Below, piece after piece: positions 26,221 through 32,000 of a DNA stretch of 32,000 bases. The DNA lies in the NCBI GenBank assembly GCA_964551375.1, contig CAZKBG010000001.1, positions 747,329 to 779,328 on the forward strand, written 5' to 3'. The notes beneath the pieces were generated by a model, which saw only the letters and a program-made list of their open reading frames with translations, was not told the origin of the DNA and ran no database searches. This DNA is from an uncultured archaeon. Its GTDB lineage: Archaea > Iainarchaeota > Iainarchaeia > Iainarchaeales > JAAZKV01. How positions within the stretch are numbered: position 1 is the first letter of the stretch; every line of letters begins with the position of its first letter. The position numbers were made by a program, and so were the translations under genes.

Positions 26221-26240
26221 AAGGCTTTTTTAGCCTTTTG
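26221..26240 (+). terminator. Short hairpin plus T-rich tail after the giant ORF
   Basis: AAGGCT(26221-26)-TTTTT-AGCCTT(26232-37) followed by TTG, 22 nt after the stop. A TATA-like TTATATAAAA for ipk follows directly. Confidence 0.4.
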
Positions 26241-26264
26241 TTATATAAAATAAGTAGTGAAAAA

Positions 26265-27077
26265 ATGGAAAATTTAATTGTAATAAAACTTGGCGGTTCG
26301 TCAATTACAAAAAAAGCCGAAGGAAAATTTGAAATGAACGAAACTGTTTTAAAAAGCGCAGCAAAACAAATTTCCCAAGCTCTCAAATCCGATAATTCTC
26401 TTAAATTAATTCTTGTGTGCGGAGTGGGACCGTTTGGGCACACAAATGTAGTAAAATACGATTTGAATAATGGGATAAAAACAAGCGCGCAAGAAAAAGG
26501 AGTGGAAGTGACAATTAAGGACTGCAATTTTGTTGCTGAATCAGTTATGGACGCGCTGGAAAACGAAGGACTGAAAACTGAACACGTTCCAGGATATCTT
26601 GTGTGCAAACAAGACGGAAGAAAAGTAATTTCATTTGACGCAGAGCCTTATACTAATGCAGTTGAGAAAGGAATAATTCCAGTAACAACAGGAATAATGG
26701 TAAAAGACAAGTCGCTTAAATGGAGCGTGATGAGCGGAGATGCTGCAATTGCGCAAATTACAATGAGACTCATTCCAAAAAAAGTAGTGATAGGAACAGA
26801 TGTTGACGGAATATTCACAGGCGACCCAAAAGAAGACAAAAAAGCAAAACTAATTGAAGAAATTTCAAATACAAATCTTGAAAGCGTACTAAAAAAAGCG
26901 ACAAACTCAAAAGCAGTGGATGTAACCGGCGGAATGAAAGGAAAACTTGAAAAATTAGCAGAAACACTCAACGGAACAGAATGCCAGATTTTCAATCTTT
27001 TCACTGACGGAAATTTAAAAAAAGCGCTTCTTGGAGAAAAAATGACTTCCACCAAGCTTAAAATTTGGATTAATTAG
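26265..27077 (+). CDS. ipk: Isopentenyl phosphate kinase
   Basis: Amino-acid-kinase fold N-terminus IVIKLGGSSITKK, the IPK-typical GVGPFGHT, and GTDVDGIFTGDP. I prefer the ATG at 26265 (preceded by GTAGTGA, TATA ~20 nt upstream) over the ORF-track TTG at 26238. Confidence 0.88.
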   Translation: MENLIVIKLGGSSITKKAEGKFEMNETVLKSAAKQISQALKSDNSLKLILVCGVGPFGHTNVVKYDLNNGIKTSAQEKGVEVTIKDCNFVAESVMDALENEGLKTEHVPGYLVCKQDGRKVISFDAEPYTNAVEKGIIPVTTGIMVKDKSLKWSVMSGDAAIAQITMRLIPKKVVIGTDVDGIFTGDPKEDKKAKLIEEISNTNLESVLKKATNSKAVDVTGGMKGKLEKLAETLNGTECQIFNLFTDGNLKKALLGEKMTSTKLKIWIN

Positions 27078-27083
27078 TCATTA

Positions 27084-27134
27084 ATAAAGCTTTTATTTGA
27101 CTTAATCCTACTTTAACATTAAGCAGGGACTTAA
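27084..27134 (+). promoter_or_regulatory. Conserved promoter/leader of giant paralog 2 (AAAGCTTTTATTT...AAGCAGGGA-CTTAA)
   Basis: Aligns with 31003-31054 upstream of paralog 3. AAAGCTTTTATTT at 27086-27098 lies 49 nt before the start codon. AAGCAGGGAC lies immediately before the start. Confidence 0.6.
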
Positions 27135-30100
27135 GTGAACTCGAATTTTTTTAAACTAGCTGTTGCAGTCATTGTTCTATTAATTTCGGCAACCACTTTT
27201 TCAGCGACTATTTCTAATTGCACTCAGCTACAGGCAATAAGCGGAAGCACCGATTACAATCTTACAGCCGATGTTGACTGCACAGGAGTAGCATTTACTC
27301 CAATAGCATCATACACAGGAACGCTAAACGGAGTCGGATACAAAATAATCGGACTCAATATTAATCTTCCAACTACTGACAGAGTGGGATTATTTGGAAA
27401 TGTTTCAAGCTTCACAATCAAAAATATTATTTTTCAGGACGCAAATATAATCGGGCAGGATTATACAGGAGTAATTGTGGGAAGCGGCAGCCCGCTAATA
27501 TCAAACGTTTCAGTAATTAATGCAAGAGTAAATGGAAGATCTTATGTTGGAGGAATGGCTGGAAGTTATGGGCGAGCATCGTTTAATGGAAATCTGGTTA
27601 GCGGACTAAATTTAACTGCGACCGGAAGCTATTCCGGCGGAATGATTGGACAATACTCAGCAAGTAACAATCCTGCGGTGGATATTAATGATACAGTAGT
27701 TGACATAACTTCTATGACTGGAGCCCAGTATGTGGGCGGAGTGGTGGGATATAATTGGAACAGCTATAACGGTGTAACAAGATACTATCGAGCAAAAGTA
27801 ACAATAGGCACACTAACAGGTGGAAGCTATGTGGGTGGAATTGTAGGAAGACTTGGCGGAACAATTTCAGATTCAAATGTAACAGCTGGAAGAATATTTA
27901 CTTCAGATTATGCGGCTTATGTCGGGGGACTTGCTGGGGATAATCACGATTTAGGGTACGGCGGAGGAATTACAAACTCATGGGCAAGAGTAAAAATTGA
28001 CATAAATAAATTCAACGGAAGCGGAGCATCAGACGGGTATGTTGGAGGCTTAGCTGGCTCAAACTTAGGACTTGGAATTACTGATTCATGGGCAGATGCA
28101 AATATTGACGTATCACTTGGAACTTATTCAGGATATTATGTTGGAGGGTTAGCAGGAAAAAGCGGAACAATTACAAGATCTTACTCTACAGGGGCTTACA
28201 TAAGATCAACCGCTGGTTTTGGCGGATATGCTGGAGGACTTGCAGGACTATTGTCTGGAAGTCTAGTGGATTCTAATTCTTCAATTCCCTTAATTGACGG
28301 CGGAACAAATGATTACGTTGGAGGATTAATTGGACAATGGGCTGGCTCAAACGGGATTTTGAGAAGCAAATATGTTCCGGGATCAGTTGGAAATATAACT
28401 GCAAGAAACCGTGTTGGAGGAATAGCTGGAGATAGTTCTGCAGGTGGAGCAAGCGCAGATATTAATGATTGTGTAGTTGACTTTAACTCAATTTCAGGAA
28501 ATGATTATGTCGGCGGAATTGTGGGATACATGTGGAACGGCTCAACAGGAGTGAGCAGAATATATCGTGCACAATCAACAATAACAACGATGACTGGCGG
28601 AAGTTATATTGGCGGTGTTGTTGGAAGACTTGGAGGAATGCTATCTGACTCTAATGCAGTTATAAAAAATATTAATGCATCAGGATATGCTGCTTACGTT
28701 GGTGGATTAGCTGGAACTAATGCGAATTTGGGATACGGCGGAGGACTCGCACGCTCCTGGGCAAGAGTGCAGATTACAACAAACAAAACCAGCGGCTCAG
28801 GCGCATCGGACGGATACTTAGGCGGACTTGCCGGCTCAAACGCGGGATTTGCAATTACTGATTCATGGGCGGATGTAAACATTTACGCAAACGTTGGAAC
28901 TTATTCAGGATATTATGTTGGAGGGTTAGCAGGAAAAAGCGCGGGAGCATCAAACTCTTATTCAATAGGAACAATATTGCAATCAACAAAACAATTTAAC
29001 GGATATGTTGGAGGACTTATTGGAGAATCAAGCGGAAGCATCACTGATTCAAATTCTGCAATCCAAACAATTGACAGCGGAAGCGGAGCATATCAAGGAT
29101 CATCTGTTGGCGGATTAGTTGGAAACTGGGCTGGGGGCTCAAGCATTCTAAGATCAAAATATGTCGGGCGTAATATTATTGGAGGAGCGCAGACAGGCGG
29201 AATTGTTGGAAGAGTATACACAAGCTCAAATCCAAGCGCTGATGTGAATGACATTACAGTTGACGCAAATTCAGTAATTGGAACAAATCAAATTGGCGGA
29301 GCAATAGGATTCATGTGGAACTCATATAACAGAGTTTCAAGAATAGCAAGAGCAAAGGTGACGCTTAATTATTTGACAGGAACTGAAGAAGTGGGCGGAG
29401 TAATAGGAAGACATCAGGAAGGATATGCACTGATTGATTCAAACTCAGTGATTCCAAATATTTATGCATATAACACAGGAAAATATGTCGGCGGAATAGT
29501 TGGCTGGAAAGACAACGGCTCTTATGCTGATGCTATTTACATGTCAAACTGCTGGTCCATAAACCAAATTCAAACTAATAAATATAACGGAGGTTCGACT
29601 ACTGAAGGATATATTGGAGGACTTGCGGGAAAAAGCGACGGACCAATTTCTAATTCTTGGGCAGATGTAAATATTGACGCAAATGTAGGAACTTATTCAG
29701 GATATTATGTCGGGGGAATTGTTGGATATGGAAGCACAATTACAAACTCTTATGCAATTGGGGATTCAATTAATGCAGCAAAGGCAACCAATGGAAGCAT
29801 TGGCGGAATTGCCGGATATGCCACAACAATACTTAACACTTATTCAAGATTTACGCTTGTTAATGGGGGAACAACTTCTGGAACAGGCGTTGGAGGATTA
29901 ATTGGAACAGGCGCCGTAAACGCAACGATTACAAATTCTTATGTCATAGCAAATGATGTTAATGGATATACGCGAGTTGGGGGAATAGCAGGAGATTTAG
30001 GCTCAAATGCCACAGTGACGAATTCTTTTTTTGTCGGCAGAGTAAAAGCATCAAACAGTTATGACAATAATATCTATGGATACGCAGGGTATGACCAAAC

Positions 30101-30959
30101 GCAGGCAAACAAAGATATTAATTGTTATTTTACAAATCCAACTTTATCAAGCAATGTGTATAAAGAGGACAAAACTTCAACACCAACTTATGTAACTAAC
30201 GCAGGCGCAAGTTACTTCAAAGGAAAAACAAGTTTAATTCGAATAAAACCTCCATTCTCAAACAGCACAGCTCCTGACTGGAATTTTAATTATACTGCAC
30301 ACGCAGGAGTATGGTTTGGATGGAATGCAGAATACCCTCACTTCATTACAGACCCTAATCCATCACGAGTACCGATTGGTGAGTATCAATCAAAGGCAGT
30401 TAGTCTGGGCGGAAAAAAGAAATGCATTGCTTTGACAACTGATATGACAATAATTTCCGACAGCAATATTAAGATTCAGATTCAAGTTGCTGACAATAAT
30501 GTAACTTGGTGGACCACTCCAAACTGGGTTGGCCCTGATGGAACAAGCAATACTTATTATTCAAACGGAAATTACGCAGTTCCTGATGTTAATGCAGACG
30601 GGAACTGGGTAAGATGGAAAGCAATACTTTATTCAACAAGCGATTATTTGACTCCGTCGCTAAAGACAGTTGATATTAACTGCATACCGACTGGAGAAAT
30701 GGTGCTTGTGGCGAATGCTAGTAATGTTGTTTGGGAAGGATTTACGTATAATGCGTTAGTTGGGGGAATTCATGGTTCGCTTGAGTGGTTGTATAAGGTT
30801 GGGAATAATAGTTGGCTTAGTGCGGATAATAATGTTTTTTCTGTTTTGAATAGTGGGAATCCGCTTTATATTAAAGCAAAACTTACCGGGACAATAGATT
30901 CGAACGGGCCGATAATTGATAATAATGTAGTTGTGTCTTATAGACTAAATGTTAACTAA
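27135..30959 (+). CDS. Giant secreted GLUG-motif repeat protein (1274 aa), paralog 2
   Basis: GTG start. Signal peptide MNSNFFKLAVAVIVLLISATTFSA. It has the same N-terminal module as paralog 1 (I-S-N-C-T-Q-L...DC...Y-T-G-T-L-N-G-V-G-Y-K-I), many Y-V-G-G-[LI]-[AV]-G repeats, and a homologous C-terminal domain (DWNFNY...WFGWNAEYPHF...WVRWKAILYSTSDYLTPSL). Confidence 0.85.
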   Translation: MNSNFFKLAVAVIVLLISATTFSATISNCTQLQAISGSTDYNLTADVDCTGVAFTPIASYTGTLNGVGYKIIGLNINLPTTDRVGLFGNVSSFTIKNIIFQDANIIGQDYTGVIVGSGSPLISNVSVINARVNGRSYVGGMAGSYGRASFNGNLVSGLNLTATGSYSGGMIGQYSASNNPAVDINDTVVDITSMTGAQYVGGVVGYNWNSYNGVTRYYRAKVTIGTLTGGSYVGGIVGRLGGTISDSNVTAGRIFTSDYAAYVGGLAGDNHDLGYGGGITNSWARVKIDINKFNGSGASDGYVGGLAGSNLGLGITDSWADANIDVSLGTYSGYYVGGLAGKSGTITRSYSTGAYIRSTAGFGGYAGGLAGLLSGSLVDSNSSIPLIDGGTNDYVGGLIGQWAGSNGILRSKYVPGSVGNITARNRVGGIAGDSSAGGASADINDCVVDFNSISGNDYVGGIVGYMWNGSTGVSRIYRAQSTITTMTGGSYIGGVVGRLGGMLSDSNAVIKNINASGYAAYVGGLAGTNANLGYGGGLARSWARVQITTNKTSGSGASDGYLGGLAGSNAGFAITDSWADVNIYANVGTYSGYYVGGLAGKSAGASNSYSIGTILQSTKQFNGYVGGLIGESSGSITDSNSAIQTIDSGSGAYQGSSVGGLVGNWAGGSSILRSKYVGRNIIGGAQTGGIVGRVYTSSNPSADVNDITVDANSVIGTNQIGGAIGFMWNSYNRVSRIARAKVTLNYLTGTEEVGGVIGRHQEGYALIDSNSVIPNIYAYNTGKYVGGIVGWKDNGSYADAIYMSNCWSINQIQTNKYNGGSTTEGYIGGLAGKSDGPISNSWADVNIDANVGTYSGYYVGGIVGYGSTITNSYAIGDSINAAKATNGSIGGIAGYATTILNTYSRFTLVNGGTTSGTGVGGLIGTGAVNATITNSYVIANDVNGYTRVGGIAGDLGSNATVTNSFFVGRVKASNSYDNNIYGYAGYDQTQANKDINCYFTNPTLSSNVYKEDKTSTPTYVTNAGASYFKGKTSLIRIKPPFSNSTAPDWNFNYTAHAGVWFGWNAEYPHFITDPNPSRVPIGEYQSKAVSLGGKKKCIALTTDMTIISDSNIKIQIQVADNNVTWWTTPNWVGPDGTSNTYYSNGNYAVPDVNADGNWVRWKAILYSTSDYLTPSLKTVDINCIPTGEMVLVANASNVVWEGFTYNALVGGIHGSLEWLYKVGNNSWLSADNNVFSVLNSGNPLYIKAKLTGTIDSNGPIIDNNVVVSYRLNVN
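27978..29700 (+). repeat. Intragenic super-repeats in paralog 2 (three units, ~259-264 codons)
   Basis: In-frame anchors ([DN]SWAD[AV]NI) lie at 28083, 28860 and 29652, with spacings of 777 and 792 nt. 28119-28164 equals 28896-28941 (46 nt identical). Confidence 0.85.
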
Positions 30960-31002
30960 AGTTAACTGATAAATTGGGCAATTTGCCTTGTTTTAATCCT
31001 GA

Positions 31003-31054
31003 AAAAAGCTTTTATTTAACTTAAACCTAATTCTAGCACAAAGCAGGGAACTTA
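31003..31054 (+). promoter_or_regulatory. Conserved promoter/leader of giant paralog 3
   Basis: AAAGCTTTTATTT at 31005-31017 lies 50 nt before the ATG. AAGCAGGGAACTTAA abuts the start. A small GGCA-ATT-TGCC hairpin plus TTGTTTT at 30977-30994 lies upstream, after the paralog 2 stop. Confidence 0.6.
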
Positions 31055-32000
31055 ATGATGGCAAATTTTAACAAATTACTTTTAGGGATCTTATTAATTT
31101 TAATAATAAGTCAGGTTTTTGCATTTAGCGGCGGAACTGGAACAAGCGGAGACCCTTACAGAGTAAATGCCTGCGCAGATATTGACTGGATGGATACTAA
31201 TGCATCTACAAAATCAGCATACTATGTTCTTGATTCAAATGTGGACTGCGGAGTATCGCCTTATAATACAGGAAGCGGGTTTACTCAAGTAACAGGATTT
31301 GCAGGATCGCTTGACGGACAAGGATACTGGGTAAAAAACTTAATGATTTACCTTCCAACAACAAATAATGTTTCACCATTTGCTGCAGGAAGCGCGTTCA
31401 CAATAAAAAATATTGGATTTGATGTAAATATCACAGGACAGGATTATGTATCCGGATTCATGACTGATTATTTGAATAGGGACTTAAATAACATAAAAGT
31501 AAGCGGAACAATAATAGGGAGAAATTATGTGGGCGGAATTACATCAAGAAGCAATGCGGGAATAAAAATCACAAACAGCTCTGTTGACTTGACTTTGATA
31601 AGCGGAAATGAATATGTAGGGGGACTTGCCGCATACTATGGAGGGGATTTCAATTACTGCACAATAAAAATAAACCGAATAGAAGGGCAGTTTTCTGTGG
31701 GCGGAGCAAGCGGATGGATGTTTAATGGAAGCAATGGAGTGTCCTATATTCAAAATACAACTGCTGACATAAACCTACTAAAAGTAACACACACTTCAGC
31801 TAATGGCTATTACACTTTAGTCGGAGGATTAGTCGGAAGATTTTCTTCAAGCGGATTTATAAGAAGCGCAAATGTGCGAGTAAATTTAATTGATGTCAAT
31901 AATGCGACTGCAGACCCTGGAAAAATAGGGGGGCTTGTCGGAGGACATGACCGCGCAGGCGGATATCTTTATGATGTAAATTTTACAGGAACAATAAATT
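31055..32000 (+). CDS. GLUG-motif repeat protein, paralog 3 (5' part only; open to the window end)
   Basis: Not in the ORF track because no stop is reached. I translated it by hand and found no stops from ATG 31055 to 31999. It reads MMANFNKLLLGILLILIISQVFAFSGGTGTSGDPYRVNACADI...DC...FAGSLDGQGYWVKNL. Repeats YVGGIT, YVGGLAA, LVGGLVG and IGGLVGG follow. Confidence 0.8.
   Translation, partial: MMANFNKLLLGILLILIISQVFAFSGGTGTSGDPYRVNACADIDWMDTNASTKSAYYVLDSNVDCGVSPYNTGSGFTQVTGFAGSLDGQGYWVKNLMIYLPTTNNVSPFAAGSAFTIKNIGFDVNITGQDYVSGFMTDYLNRDLNNIKVSGTIIGRNYVGGITSRSNAGIKITNSSVDLTLISGNEYVGGLAAYYGGDFNYCTIKINRIEGQFSVGGASGWMFNGSNGVSYIQNTTADINLLKVTHTSANGYYTLVGGLVGRFSSSGFIRSANVRVNLIDVNNATADPGKIGGLVGGHDRAGGYLYDVNFTGTIN

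Noticed and set aside
26219-26608. 129-aa minus-strand ORF, and the 135-aa one at 26648-27055
   Set aside because: Both are antisense to the isopentenyl phosphate kinase gene and have no recognisable features.
19560-32000. Surface-protein region as a mobile or integrated element
   Set aside because: I saw no integrase, transposase, tRNA attachment site or flanking direct repeats. Codon usage and ribosome-binding-site style look the same as in the pathway genes.
1-32000. rRNA, tRNA, defence systems (CRISPR-Cas, restriction-modification, toxin-antitoxin)
   Set aside because: None was recognisable in any frame or intergenic region. The RHH protein at 8796-9173 has a full NikR-type metal domain and no adjacent toxin, so it is not an antitoxin.

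Overview
The window looks archaeal: it has class III (archaeal pilin-type) signal peptides, a type 2 IPP isomerase, an isopentenyl phosphate kinase, A/T-rich TATA-like promoters and GGTGA-type ribosome-binding sites 5-8 nt before most starts. The lineage cannot be determined from the sequence; a small-genome uncultivated (DPANN-like) archaeon is only a guess. Nearly all genes are on the + strand, and two themes are interleaved. (1) A near-complete isoprenoid-precursor supercluster. It encodes a prenyl-diphosphate synthase, IDI2, a GltD-like oxidoreductase, a class II HMG-CoA reductase, HMG-CoA synthase, thiolase and the DUF35 scaffold. It also encodes two tandem mevalonate-kinase paralogs, UbiX, a UbiD-family decarboxylase, both aconitase-X subunits (phosphomevalonate dehydratase) and isopentenyl phosphate kinase. 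This is the Aeropyrum-type archaeal mevalonate route. Three orphan basic proteins sit inside the cluster, and a divergent ZIP transporter / NikR module splits it. (2) A cell-surface gene set. It has two class III signal-peptide proteins with nearly identical N-termini and three paralogous giant GLUG-motif beta-helix-like proteins (1994 aa, 1274 aa, and one truncated by the window end). The giants are built from ~260-aa super-repeats that are partly near-identical at the DNA level. Other signals are a ~46-bp promoter element shared by the two early-pathway operons, a ~50-bp promoter/leader shared by two giant genes, and a perfect 18-bp x4 tandem repeat at the left edge. I saw no rRNA, tRNA, CRISPR array, transposase or integrase. 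All family calls come from motif recognition by eye; no database search was run.
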